A stretch of 64,000 nucleotides of DNA, taken from the IMG/VR virus record IMGVR_UViG_3300021375_000006; one strand, written 5' to 3'. The stretch comes from a virus (Duplodnaviria; Caudoviricetes). Below the pieces are notes generated by a model. The model ran no database searches. It was not told where the DNA came from and saw only the letters and a list, made by a program, of their open reading frames with translations. Both the position numbers and the translations under genes were made by a program. Position 1 is the first letter of the stretch; every line of letters starts with the position of its first letter. Positions 37,894-48,023 of the stretch are shown here, piece after piece.

Positions 37894-38760
37894 TTATACA
37901 AGCCATTCTCTCAAAGTTTCAAAAACCTTTTCAGGAGTAATTGCTTTATGACATTCAAATTCTCTATCAGTATCAGCATGTTTTGGACACCAATACCAAT
38001 TGCTACCATCAAATTTTTCTGTATGCCAACATCCATGACAGACAGATTCATCTGTTATTCTTTTATAGTCCTCTATTGATAGATCAAATTCATTCCAATC
38101 TTTTGTAAAATTAGAAATCATTACTACAGGTTTACCTAAAGCATGTGCTACCCAAGCCAAACCAGACGAAGGTCCAATATAAAACTTAGAATGCCATATC
38201 CAATTAATAACCTCTTTTAAATCTACAAAAACCTTATGGGCCTCTTCAGGCAATCCATTCCAATGTGGAGGTTTACCAAATAGTTCATGGTTTGATAAAC
38301 AAACAGGTGTTGTACCTGTAGTTTTTATCATCTTACATAATTCATTCCAATTAGTAGCAAGAGTTTGACCTTCTCGACCATCTGTAGAATTCCAATATTT
38401 TAATTGGGATGTACTATGAACACCAAACGTAACATAAGGTTGTTCCATTGGCCTATCCTTTAATATACGATCTATTTTAGGTCTAATATATGCTGGGTTT
38501 TCAAAACCTAATTGCTCTGCATAACCAGCTTGAATAGCTTTATCAAATTTATACCATATTCTAATAATATCTTCCTCTTGCCAACCATCTAACGTATCAG
38601 TAAAAAGAATACTTGGATAACTCCACTTAAATAAATCTTTAAAAATAAGATTAGTCTTAACTGTAACTGGAGTATCATGCTGTTCAGACCATAGTTGAAC
38701 ATAGGGTAATGCAGCAACCAGATCTCCTAATGAATGGCTATTTAAGTCAATTAGTTTCAT
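37894..38760 (-). CDS. Aah/TibC-like (BAHT-family) protein O-heptosyltransferase
   Basis: SLGD, HSTSQLKYWN, FYIGPSSGLAWVAHALGKPVVMIS and the iron-finger CHGCW...WCPKH...FEC. Confidence 0.75.
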   Translation of the reverse strand: MKLIDLNSHSLGDLVAALPYVQLWSEQHDTPVTVKTNLIFKDLFKWSYPSILFTDTLDGWQEEDIIRIWYKFDKAIQAGYAEQLGFENPAYIRPKIDRILKDRPMEQPYVTFGVHSTSQLKYWNSTDGREGQTLATNWNELCKMIKTTGTTPVCLSNHELFGKPPHWNGLPEEAHKVFVDLKEVINWIWHSKFYIGPSSGLAWVAHALGKPVVMISNFTKDWNEFDLSIEDYKRITDESVCHGCWHTEKFDGSNWYWCPKHADTDREFECHKAITPEKVFETLREWLV

Positions 38761-39580
38761 GTAAATAGTTTAAGTAATCTTGTAAACCTTCTTCCAATTG
38801 AAATTCAGGTCTCCATTTTGGCATCCATTTACCTCTATCACTACATGTGAAATACTGATAGCCTTTAGGTATCTTTTCTTCTGGGTGATATTTATATGGT
38901 ATATCCATGATTTCCATCTTCTCTTCAAACTCTCTAGCCTGACCACTACCCACTTCAAACCAATTACCCCACAGATCATCGACAAAGGCTCTAGAGCCAT
39001 TCTTAAATGCAAAGATATTAGCTGATACTACATCTTTAATATAGACAAAATCTCTAAGTGGTTTGTTTCTAAATAGTTTTACTTCTTCTCCAGCTTGGTG
39101 TCTTTTAAACATCTGATATGCAACTGATGCCATTCTACCTTTATCCTCTTCACCTGGACCATATACATTAAAGTATCTTAATGCAATTCCACCGTTCGAG
39201 ATTACATAACCCTCGCCAGCATATTTTGACCAACCATATAGATTAGCTGGATATTCTTTATTTGTACCATAGTTTGCAGCAGAAGAAGAGTAGATTAGTT
39301 TTACCTGATTTTGTTTACATAGATCAGTCAGATATTTTGTCACCTCGTAATTAAGTAACATCATATAATTAACATCTTGCTCTAGTGTATCTGAACATGC
39401 ACCGACATGAAAACAAGCATCTAGTTTTAGTGCAAAGATTTCATTTAGGTTTAACTTCCAGTTATCTTTTAGATCTCTCTCTTCAAATGTAACTACTTCC
39501 CAACCCTGTTTTTCTAATTCTGCCTTTAGGCTTCTACCAATAAATCCTTCCGTACCTGTAACTAATGCTTTCATATCCAA
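38747..39580 (-). CDS. hldD: ADP-L-glycero-D-manno-heptose 6-epimerase
   Basis: FHVGACSDT, YSSSAANYG, NLYGWSK, RYFNVYGPGEEDKGRMASV, RDFVYIKDV. Confidence 0.85.
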   Translation of the reverse strand: MDMKALVTGTEGFIGRSLKAELEKQGWEVVTFEERDLKDNWKLNLNEIFALKLDACFHVGACSDTLEQDVNYMMLLNYEVTKYLTDLCKQNQVKLIYSSSAANYGTNKEYPANLYGWSKYAGEGYVISNGGIALRYFNVYGPGEEDKGRMASVAYQMFKRHQAGEEVKLFRNKPLRDFVYIKDVVSANIFAFKNGSRAFVDDLWGNWFEVGSGQAREFEEKMEIMDIPYKYHPEEKIPKGYQYFTCSDRGKWMPKWRPEFQLEEGLQDYLNYLHETN

Positions 39581-41847
39581 TTATCTTGTTTTAATTTTTG
39601 CCAAACATATTCTGGTGTAATTGTTTTTGTACATTCAAAATGTCTAGGTGTATCTTTGTGTTCTGGACACCAGTTCCAGTCACCTCTATCAAATACACGA
39701 TAGGTCCAACAGCCTGAACATACATTTGTATTAATAATTCTAATAGCTGGTTCAAATTCAATAAAAGACCAAGTAAATCCACTAATTAAACAGACTTTTA
39801 CGTCTAATGCCCATGCTAACCAGCTTAAACCAGAACCAATACCAATAAAATAACCACTGGCTCTCATCTGTTGACCTACTTTAAAAAGAGAAGATTCAGA
39901 ACCATCTGATACTCTTTCTATATTCTGTAAATGAGTAGTTTCTTTTGAACAATAATGTACATCCCAGTTTTGTGTTTTAAATTCATTTATTAAATCTTGC
40001 CAACCAGTTGGATGTTGCCATTCTTTAGCACCAGCAGTTCCTCGAGGGCCAATACAAACTGATGAATTATCTTTATCTTCTATTAAAGTATTTTGATAAA
40101 ATATAGGTGCCATCTTAGGTTTACGTTCCATATAAAAGATTCCTAAACGATCAGCTGCAATCGCACCAATCGGAACTGTTCTCCAATCTCTCTTATGCTT
40201 ATGTTTTACTGAAGGTTGATTATCTTCTTGATAAACACCTAAAGTCTGCCAATTCTGTGGCCAATATTCATGTGGAGAAACTGGTATAATACCTATCTTC
40301 CTATAATAACTCCAATCAAATAAATCTTGATGGTATAACCTAACATAAATAGTATCGTAATCTCTTTGTTGTTTTAGTTCTTCTACTTGACCCATCCAAC
40401 TAATTGTATCTCCTAATGAACTAGACTCGAATTGAATACCTATTTCCCTTTCTTCTGGTTTTAATACCTGTACTATTTGATTAGTTTTTTTCTTAACAAT
40501 ACGGCATTCCCATCTTTCATACCAATCCATTGCGTAGCGAGACCATAAATTTTCAAATAGATCTACCTTTAGATACATTTTATCTTTTAGCCAAAATTGA
40601 GCCTCGTATGATTTATCTTCAGGTGCCCAATCACAATGTAGTTCTGGTCCTGATCTATGATAAAATCTACAAATAGGTTTATTACCAACTCTATCTATAG
40701 TATATCTAAATTGCCTAAAGAAAGAATACCAATTACCATCAGGCCATAGTCGCTCTGTTTGATTAATAAGTATATTTGTCCATTCGTTTAAATCATACTC
40801 TGTAGTTTTAACTTGAGTGGCATCATTAAAAACCAACATACTAAATCTTTGAAAATCATTACCTACTTTACTAGGAATTGAGCTTAAATTATCATTAGCC
40901 CAAGCTACGATTATATTATTATGTGGTTGGTTAAATTTAATATTTTTACTTGGATATAAAAAATTAATTTTATCCTTTTGTTGTTGTGTAATCTCAGTTT
41001 CAGTATAAACAGAGAACTCTTTTATATCATTTAACCATTCACATGCCTGGATAGCAGAAGTAATATGCCAAACATCTTCATATAAAAATAAAGTATTATG
41101 TGGTTTTGATGATTCGATAAGAGGTTTTGCATTAATATTAAATTCTGCATGTTCTTGTTCTGTCATACTACCAGAGTCAGAACCTGGCCTTCTAACGTAC
41201 GTATATAAATTTCTAGGTATATGTACATGTTTACCTCTTGCTGTATTGTAGAATAAAAAGAATGTATCTGTGGATGTTTTGCACTCTTTAACAATAGGTA
41301 ATTTACTAACATCTGGTTTACGCATTGCTCGACCATGGCCAAACATTTTTTGAGTATTTCTATTTGAATAGATTTCCCAAAATTCTGAATTATGTCTAAA
41401 ATTCCACTCTAGGGCAAGATCGTCTGCTGGTTGTACTAATGACCATTGTTCTAAATCTCCATCAGGTGTTGTTTGAAAATAATCTGAAAATATAGAATAG
41501 ACTTGTGGATACGCTTGAAAATGATTATCATATATTTCAAATAATTCTTTATCTAAAATATCATCCGTATCTAAATCAAAATAGTAATCATATTCTAAAT
41601 GTTGAAATGTATTTTGGTATAAATAAAGTTCTCTTCTATTTTCTAAATGATAATAAATAATTCTTTTATCATTTAATTCTTCAACTCTCTTTCTTAATCT
41701 ACGTCTAAACTCAGGATCTTTAGATCCATCATCAGCTACGATTAATAACCAATCATTATGTGTTTGTTTTAATACATTATCGAATGTCAAGTCGATATGT
41801 TCGTCTGGATTATTATGAAAACTGGCTACTGCTAAAAACCTACCCAT
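39571..41847 (-). CDS. GT2-like domain fused to an Aah/TibC-like heptosyltransferase domain
   Basis: N-terminal ADDGS and DLDTDD. C-terminal SSLGDTISW, FIGIGSGLSWLAWAL, CSGCW...WCPEH...HFECTKTIT. Confidence 0.75.
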   Translation of the reverse strand: MGRFLAVASFHNNPDEHIDLTFDNVLKQTHNDWLLIVADDGSKDPEFRRRLRKRVEELNDKRIIYYHLENRRELYLYQNTFQHLEYDYYFDLDTDDILDKELFEIYDNHFQAYPQVYSIFSDYFQTTPDGDLEQWSLVQPADDLALEWNFRHNSEFWEIYSNRNTQKMFGHGRAMRKPDVSKLPIVKECKTSTDTFFLFYNTARGKHVHIPRNLYTYVRRPGSDSGSMTEQEHAEFNINAKPLIESSKPHNTLFLYEDVWHITSAIQACEWLNDIKEFSVYTETEITQQQKDKINFLYPSKNIKFNQPHNNIIVAWANDNLSSIPSKVGNDFQRFSMLVFNDATQVKTTEYDLNEWTNILINQTERLWPDGNWYSFFRQFRYTIDRVGNKPICRFYHRSGPELHCDWAPEDKSYEAQFWLKDKMYLKVDLFENLWSRYAMDWYERWECRIVKKKTNQIVQVLKPEEREIGIQFESSSLGDTISWMGQVEELKQQRDYDTIYVRLYHQDLFDWSYYRKIGIIPVSPHEYWPQNWQTLGVYQEDNQPSVKHKHKRDWRTVPIGAIAADRLGIFYMERKPKMAPIFYQNTLIEDKDNSSVCIGPRGTAGAKEWQHPTGWQDLINEFKTQNWDVHYCSKETTHLQNIERVSDGSESSLFKVGQQMRASGYFIGIGSGLSWLAWALDVKVCLISGFTWSFIEFEPAIRIINTNVCSGCWTYRVFDRGDWNWCPEHKDTPRHFECTKTITPEYVWQKLKQDNWI

Positions 41848-42862
41848 TTCTTACTTCCATTATTTTATTAAACACTTGATCTGGACCTGGTTGACACTTA
41901 AATTCAGAATACCCTTCTAAACAAGATGGATAATAAGGTAAGTTATTTATAGACTTCCAATGTTTAACTGAATATTTAGGATCTGTAGCACAAAATATTT
42001 TACAATCACTACCTACAAAATGAAATTTATAGTCTTGTGATGCATATCTATATGGTGCAGTCTTTCTTGGATCGATAGATGCGCCTATTTGAAATATATG
42101 AGAATCTGTACACCCTGCTAAGTGGATTGGACCAGCATCAAAAGAAACTAATCCAAATGCATTATTTAAAACATGGTACAATTCAGAAATTGGTCTAAAT
42201 ACAGATGCTTCTTCTTGTTTACCTGGTGTATCATCACCATAATTATAGTCAATACCATTTAGATCTACTAGCCCTTTTACAATTTCACCTTCTGAAGTCC
42301 CCTCTCTATGAGCTTTACCGATCAAGACTATCTTCATATCGGTATGTTCTTTAATTAGATCAACTAGTCTTTGCCAGTGTTCTAATGGCCAAGTTCTATT
42401 AGGCCAATTCTCAGTAGGGTGGATAACAATACAGTTATCGTCAATCTTTAATGAGTCTTCAGTTTGTTCTTCTGGAAAATAGTCATAGTGTAAATCTTCA
42501 GGGTAAAGTGAAATACCTAGGCCTAAAGCGTGGTGTTGTCTCGCTTCAAAATTACTTAATTTAATTTGTACTCTACTATCTCTCTCCTGGTCTTGCCACA
42601 TGTTTCTATTTCCTTTAATCCAATGATTATAGGTTTCAAAAATCTCAGTATAGCCTTCAGGATCTTCATCTGTATATTTTAGTAATTTATCAACATAGGG
42701 AGATCTTTCGTAAATATCTGTGCGTCTACACATTACATCTACTTTATGCCCATAAGACTCCGCTGCTTTACGTACAGTTGGAGTAGAGCATATTGTGTCG
42801 CCCAATGCAGGGCAACTAACTTTAATTAAAACTTTAGAACTATTTCCAGGTAGGTCTATCAC
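41840..42862 (-). CDS. GT9-family heptosyltransferase-like protein with four C-terminal Cys
   Basis: ALGDTICSTP, VIHP, RTWPLEHW, SFDAGPIHLA, CKIFC...C...C. Confidence 0.7.
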   Translation of the reverse strand: MIDLPGNSSKVLIKVSCPALGDTICSTPTVRKAAESYGHKVDVMCRRTDIYERSPYVDKLLKYTDEDPEGYTEIFETYNHWIKGNRNMWQDQERDSRVQIKLSNFEARQHHALGLGISLYPEDLHYDYFPEEQTEDSLKIDDNCIVIHPTENWPNRTWPLEHWQRLVDLIKEHTDMKIVLIGKAHREGTSEGEIVKGLVDLNGIDYNYGDDTPGKQEEASVFRPISELYHVLNNAFGLVSFDAGPIHLAGCTDSHIFQIGASIDPRKTAPYRYASQDYKFHFVGSDCKIFCATDPKYSVKHWKSINNLPYYPSCLEGYSEFKCQPGPDQVFNKIMEVRNG

Positions 42863-43257
42863 TTATATTCTTCATAAGACTTCTCTTCGACTAGAAGAGA
42901 GCCAGTTAAAAGATTGATCTTTTTCTTCACCTCCGCTCTCTCGTCGTTAGTAAAATAAACAGATCTTGCTAATTCAACAAAGTCATCTTCGAAATCTTTC
43001 TTAGACTCATGTACTCTAATGTGGTCTTCTATATTCCATAACGTTTGATTAATGTCCTGTAAGTCTTTATGTAACTTTTTCATCTCTGGACGATCTAGTT
43101 CACTTAGAGCCTCGTACATATTATGAACAATAGGTGCTAATACATCGTACTCTGTTTGTACGTTTTTTAATTTGGCTTCATCTTTAATTTGTTCTAATTT
43201 GATAGCCAAAATAGTGAGTTTGTCTAGAATCTCACCGTTTGATACTTCTATTTTCAT
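42859..43257 (-). CDS. DUF6165-like protein (usually found beside glycosyltransferases)
   Basis: EVSNGEILDKLTILAIK...LWNIED...ELARSVYFTNDER...EEKSY (family recalled, unverified). Confidence 0.65.
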   Translation of the reverse strand: MKIEVSNGEILDKLTILAIKLEQIKDEAKLKNVQTEYDVLAPIVHNMYEALSELDRPEMKKLHKDLQDINQTLWNIEDHIRVHESKKDFEDDFVELARSVYFTNDERAEVKKKINLLTGSLLVEEKSYEEYK

Positions 43258-43268
43258 CTATTAATTAT

Positions 43269-44231
43269 TTAAAGTGTTAATAACATATTTATTAACTCAG
43301 TCTGTGGTTGAACATCATCTTTATCAGTTCTAACCTGTCCATGAGTTAAAAGCCCTTGAACTTTACCAGAGCAAGCTAGATCTGAGTATTCAAAAGCTCT
43401 ACCTAAATCAGCAGGATTTGGTTTTGCTATACCATAAGGTGTAGGTCCAACTCCTAATTTCTTTAGTTCATCAATTATACCAACATGCAAATCAATACCA
43501 TGCTTCTCTGATAATAATATGAGTAAAGCTTTTAAAGATTCAATTTGCTTTGCAGAATATCTATGGAAGTAGAGTTGACCCTTATATTTATGATCTAATG
43601 TACATACTTGATCTGGGTGTACCTCTGCATTATACCATGTGTAATATTTACCATCCTTTTGTGTTAATCTACCAGCAGAACAAAGCTCAATTGAGATTGA
43701 GCCTCTATGCATTGTACCAGATTTGGTTTTACCTAAGTGGTAACCCCAATATTCATCTTTGAATGCCTGTAGAATTCTACCATCATATTTAGTTTCATCT
43801 ACACCAGAAGCAGGTAGTCCACCAATTACATAATGAGTTCCTATTCTACCTCTTTGGTCTCTACCCCATTGGTCGATAACTTTATATGGATTATGTCTTC
43901 CTGCTGTATGGTGAATGAATATCCACTTTTTTGCTGTTTCTTGTTTCACATATTCACCATCTGGTAATGGATATTGTTCAATCCATGTTGCACCAGTTGT
44001 AATATCTGTATCTGCTTCTAATTCATGTGGATTTAATCCTAGCTTCTTCCATGTCATTGGGCCTATAATACCATCTCCCTTCAAGCCATTATCAATTTGA
44101 AATGCTTTTACAGCATCTCTAGTTCTAGGTCCAAATACTCCATCTACTCTAAGCCCAAGCCTTTCTTGTATATCCTCAACTAAATCACCAGAATGACCCT
44201 GTTTTAATACGTATTTACTTTGCTTTGACAT
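43269..44231 (-). CDS. N-acetylmuramoyl-L-alanine amidase with a peptidoglycan-binding domain (endolysin-like)
   Basis: VDGVFGPRT..AVKAFQ...GDGIIGPMTW PG-binding domain. FIHHTAG, SISIEL, HGQV..DKDD. Confidence 0.8.
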   Translation of the reverse strand: MSKQSKYVLKQGHSGDLVEDIQERLGLRVDGVFGPRTRDAVKAFQIDNGLKGDGIIGPMTWKKLGLNPHELEADTDITTGATWIEQYPLPDGEYVKQETAKKWIFIHHTAGRHNPYKVIDQWGRDQRGRIGTHYVIGGLPASGVDETKYDGRILQAFKDEYWGYHLGKTKSGTMHRGSISIELCSAGRLTQKDGKYYTWYNAEVHPDQVCTLDHKYKGQLYFHRYSAKQIESLKALLILLSEKHGIDLHVGIIDELKKLGVGPTPYGIAKPNPADLGRAFEYSDLACSGKVQGLLTHGQVRTDKDDVQPQTELINMLLTL

Positions 44232-44641
44232 ATTTCTTTAGTTTTTATTTCTAATTTATTTATCACTCTTAATAAATCAGCATCACTAGTAGTTTCATGT
44301 TTGAATGTAAACACTTCCTTCATCCCTACTTTTTCATAGATTCTAAAAGATATTAAATATGAAGGTTTTACTTTTAATCTATCTTTCATAAAACTAATTG
44401 TTTCTGCCTGAATTCTAGCCGGACCAGAATAGGCAAACTTAGTTTTAATTTTAGCTGAGCATTGATAAGTATCATGGTCTAGTTCCATGAAATATTGTTC
44501 TTCCTTTATTTCATTAGCTATTAAGTAAAGTCTATGTAGTATACTTGGGTGCTCTCCGCTTAAAACTTTTATTAGAGTTTCTTTATCTAGTGCTTTAGTA
44601 ATAAATTTTTTACTTAAATTTATTTTAATTCTATTTACCAT
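44204..44641 (-). CDS. Hypothetical protein
   Basis: Intact ORF in the operon. Confidence 0.5.
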   Translation of the reverse strand: MVNRIKINLSKKFITKALDKETLIKVLSGEHPSILHRLYLIANEIKEEQYFMELDHDTYQCSAKIKTKFAYSGPARIQAETISFMKDRLKVKPSYLISFRIYEKVGMKEVFTFKHETTSDADLLRVINKLEIKTKEICQSKVNTY

Positions 44642-46394
44642 CTCGTTTCTTTAAAAAATCAATCTTATCCTGTTCTGCTTTCTTACGCATAGCCTCGTCG
44701 AATAATTCATCTTCACTACGTTCATTCGATACATCTTCAGTAGGTGTAATTGGTTTAGGTGCAATTACGTCTTTTTCTACTTCAGGTGTTTCTGGTAAGT
44801 GTGGTGTCTCAATTTTTTGTACAGTTGGAGGATATGTACCAAAGTCATTTGGTAAATTCTTTACAACTGCTGCAACTGATGTTGGATTAGTTTCATTAGG
44901 AAATTCACTATTAGATATTTCTTCTGGGTCGATTACCTCAATCTCTTTTTCTGCTGCTGCGATTTCTTCATCTTCTGCCATAAATACATCTTCTTCAAGA
45001 CCATCAACCATATCATTAAGTACCTGATCTAGTGCATGATCTTCATCCCATTCTTCTTCTGGCTCATGACGATCAACCGCTACATCGTAAGGATCTTGAA
45101 TACCTATGGCATCATTCTCATCCATCTTCTTTTGAAAGTCCATAAAGCCAGATTCTTTATCATTAGTCAGACCACCGATAGTATGAATTTTATCATCTTC
45201 CTCTGACCACGGCCCAGGTTTATCCATTTCCTCTAAGAAATCTTGAATTTCTGAATCGTCGTCCTCATTAGACCATGGTAAATCTCTAAAATCATCTAAA
45301 TCATCTTCAACTACACCTTTTGCTAATTCATCTGCAACTTGCGCCCAACGTTTAGCATTTTCTTTATCTATGTTAATATCAGCTGGTGGTTTAGGTTTTG
45401 CATATTGATCTGCGGTACTCCCATCTGTCCAACCAGAGTCATCATAATTATCATCATAATATCTCTCTGCAGCTCTACTTAATGCCTCATTTGGTTCTGG
45501 AAAATCATCATCGTTAAAGTCCTCTTCATTAAATTCATCAGTTAATGTAGGCTCGTATGGAGTTTCTTCATCTTCTGGTCTTTTAGGATTAGCCTTATCA
45601 AATGCAAAGTTGGCTGCAATTACCATAGAGATAGCTAGTGGATCGAATACAAAGATAATTATTAGGAGAAGTATATTAATAATCTTATCCATTGGTGCGC
45701 CTGTAAGGCCTGATAAATATTGTAGTGGTCCTAACTCACCAACAGTATCTGCTTCATTTTGTATCTCTAAGATTTTTAATTTAAGAGTCTGTAGTGAATC
45801 TGCTGCTACTTCTCTTTTCGCTTGAACAGCATTCCTGTTACCCTCTTCCACTTCAATTCTACTCTGTGCCAAACGTAGTTCAGATGTGGATATTGTGGTT
45901 CTAACGCCTCCAACCACCGAGGTGTCTCGTACCTGGATTTGTTGAGACCTAGCATTGGAAAGAGTACTAATGTTATTAGAAATTCTTTCAAGTTCTTGAT
46001 CGTATCTAGTAACGTCTGCTTCATAGAATTGTGCTTTATTATCTAAGAATTCTATCTGGTTCTGTTGAACTACTAATTTCTGATAGGTTTCTTGATATGC
46101 AGCAGATAGGAAGCCATAGATACCCATTGATGTAATAAGTACTAAGACTGTTGCTGCTATTGTTAGATAGGTTCTTAACCATTTGTTAATACTATCCCAA
46201 TATTGATATAATAGAGATGCAATTACTAGTTTACCGAATTCTAATGAACCGGCCATGATAATTACTTCTAATTGTGCCCCTGCAAATAATTTTGATAAAC
46301 CACTTACCGAATAGAATGCTGCTGATGCCGAAATTGACAAGGCAGAGAATGCTATTATGAATGGAAAGAAGTTTCTCTTTAATGATTTAAACAT
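44631..46394 (-). CDS. Multi-TM/coiled-coil membrane protein with an acidic cytoplasmic tail
   Basis: Three N-terminal TM helices, a coiled coil, a fourth TM (LLIIIFVFDPLAI) and a D/E-rich C-terminus. Confidence 0.6.
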   Translation of the reverse strand: MFKSLKRNFFPFIIAFSALSISASAAFYSVSGLSKLFAGAQLEVIIMAGSLEFGKLVIASLLYQYWDSINKWLRTYLTIAATVLVLITSMGIYGFLSAAYQETYQKLVVQQNQIEFLDNKAQFYEADVTRYDQELERISNNISTLSNARSQQIQVRDTSVVGGVRTTISTSELRLAQSRIEVEEGNRNAVQAKREVAADSLQTLKLKILEIQNEADTVGELGPLQYLSGLTGAPMDKIINILLLIIIFVFDPLAISMVIAANFAFDKANPKRPEDEETPYEPTLTDEFNEEDFNDDDFPEPNEALSRAAERYYDDNYDDSGWTDGSTADQYAKPKPPADINIDKENAKRWAQVADELAKGVVEDDLDDFRDLPWSNEDDDSEIQDFLEEMDKPGPWSEEDDKIHTIGGLTNDKESGFMDFQKKMDENDAIGIQDPYDVAVDRHEPEEEWDEDHALDQVLNDMVDGLEEDVFMAEDEEIAAAEKEIEVIDPEEISNSEFPNETNPTSVAAVVKNLPNDFGTYPPTVQKIETPHLPETPEVEKDVIAPKPITPTEDVSNERSEDELFDEAMRKKAEQDKIDFLKKRDGK

Positions 46395-46410
46395 AACTTT
46401 AGTTTTTAGT

Positions 46411-46770
46411 TTACCACTTACCTAATGGACATACAGATCCAGGTGAAAGTGCTTTAGCTGCTAATCTACAACCACAACCCCTCGTTGGTGCGCCAGTAAC
46501 TACATGAATACCCTCTTTATGTGGATTACATGTACCACCATCTCTCATATCACATGAATGACAGATATTTAATCTTGTTTCTGACTCATGTTTTAATTCT
46601 GGCTCTAAATCTACAAAATGAGATTTAACTAAATTACCCCATCCAGTTAAAATCTGTTCAATTTGACTGGGTTTTTTCTTTTGTGCAGGTGTTAAAGGTG
46701 CAGGTTTATATACATCTTTTTTGACATTACCCACAAAACCATACTTATTTGTTTTTCTTTCTATTGCCAT
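46411..46770 (-). CDS. Cys-rich small phage protein
   Basis: CHSC...C...GCGC...CPLGKW. Confidence 0.55.
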   Translation of the reverse strand: MAIERKTNKYGFVGNVKKDVYKPAPLTPAQKKKPSQIEQILTGWGNLVKSHFVDLEPELKHESETRLNICHSCDMRDGGTCNPHKEGIHVVTGAPTRGCGCRLAAKALSPGSVCPLGKW

Positions 46771-46773
46771 AAT

Positions 46774-47532
46774 CTATATATTATGTTTATCTTTAAACAT
46801 CTTCCTACGTTTAATAAACTCCTTTGCATAGAACTCTAAGTCTGATTGAGTTAGAGTAAACTTTTGAGGTAAATTATCATCCTCATTAGCAATCCATATC
46901 TCTGCACCATCTGCTTTATTTCCTGTCATATCCCAATACGCAATAAAATATGCAGAGGCTTGAAGGTAGTAATCAACAACCCATTCTTCTCTCTTAGGTC
47001 TTCTACTATTCTTATAGTCAATAATTTTAATTTGACCATCTGTTACTTTTGAGATATTATCTACTGTACCTGCCCAGCCGCCGCCTTTAGTAGTCCATAA
47101 GAAAGTCTCTGCTTCTAGGACTTCTAAGATCTGATCAAAATAGTCTGATGAATTAGACCAGAATTTATAGAAGAATTTCCATGCCTCTTCTAAATAGAGT
47201 TGACCGTTTTCATCATCTTTAAACTCATTGACCTCATCATCATCTTTTGCAACCTCTTTTAGTTGCGTTAGACGCTCCATGGCTTCACCAGAGGTCTCAG
47301 TTTTGTATAACTCAATAAGTCTGTGCATTATTGTACCACGAGACATACTAAGACTAGAGATACGATTAGCCTCTTTTTCACCCACTCTCTTCTTCCACTT
47401 CTCGAGACCAGACATATCTTTTGTCTGCCCCAATATAGTAGTAACCGAAGGTAGTTTCGCGATTACGTTTCCACCCTCGGTAACCTCATAAAATCTGAGA
47501 CCGTTCTCTTGTACTCTTTTTATTTCTGCCAT
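46774..47532 (-). CDS. PD-(D/E)XK exonuclease (RecB/Cas4-like fold)
   Basis: LPSVTTILG, RGTIMH, WAGTVD, IIDYKNS, YYLQASAY. Confidence 0.8.
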   Translation of the reverse strand: MAEIKRVQENGLRFYEVTEGGNVIAKLPSVTTILGQTKDMSGLEKWKKRVGEKEANRISSLSMSRGTIMHRLIELYKTETSGEAMERLTQLKEVAKDDDEVNEFKDDENGQLYLEEAWKFFYKFWSNSSDYFDQILEVLEAETFLWTTKGGGWAGTVDNISKVTDGQIKIIDYKNSRRPKREEWVVDYYLQASAYFIAYWDMTGNKADGAEIWIANEDDNLPQKFTLTQSDLEFYAKEFIKRRKMFKDKHNI

Positions 47533-48020
47533 TATAGTCCTGCTAATCCCAGTAGTTTAGTAAATAATTCTGTAACGTGGTGGAAATTTATATAGATTAC
47601 TCTACCTATTAAAAAGAAACCGAATAAAACTAGTGAAGTTTTTACAATATTACCTAAGATTGCAAAGAGTCCAAATGCATCATATTGCGGCCACATTACA
47701 ACTAGGTACGAAGCTGAATTAGGTATTTTTGCCATCTCTGGGTAAATAATATCTGAAATGCCTAATTCATTCATAACTGGACCCCATTTACCTAATTGTT
47801 GCATTACGTAGGCCTGTTGGACTTGGGGTGCTGCTCCTTGTACTTCTTCTGGCATATTAACTACACCGTATATTCTACCTAACCAGTCTACTCTTAGATC
47901 TTGGTTATTTAATTTTTGTGTATTACCCTTTTGTTTAGCAGTACGTCTAAATATCCACCAGATTCTAATTTCTGCATAGAGTTCGGACCAATACGAGAAT
48001 GTATTTGTGAACCAGTTCAT
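47532..48020 (-). CDS. Membrane-associated hypothetical protein
   Basis: C-terminal hydrophobic segments. Confidence 0.5.
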   Translation of the reverse strand: MNWFTNTFSYWSELYAEIRIWWIFRRTAKQKGNTQKLNNQDLRVDWLGRIYGVVNMPEEVQGAAPQVQQAYVMQQLGKWGPVMNELGISDIIYPEMAKIPNSASYLVVMWPQYDAFGLFAILGNIVKTSLVLFGFFLIGRVIYINFHHVTELFTKLLGLAGL

Positions 48021-48023
48021 ATA

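Noticed and set aside
31766-43257. Bacterial chromosomal LPS core locus
   Set aside because: No waaA/lpx/transport genes. It is interleaved with phage-type ORFs, shares their strand, promoter motifs and codon style, and the transferases carry the Aah/TibC iron finger. Action on host LPS remains an alternative function.
46774-47532. Cas4 of a CRISPR-Cas locus
   Set aside because: No cas1/cas2 or array in the window, and no Fe-S cysteine set. It fits the common phage PD-(D/E)XK exonuclease.
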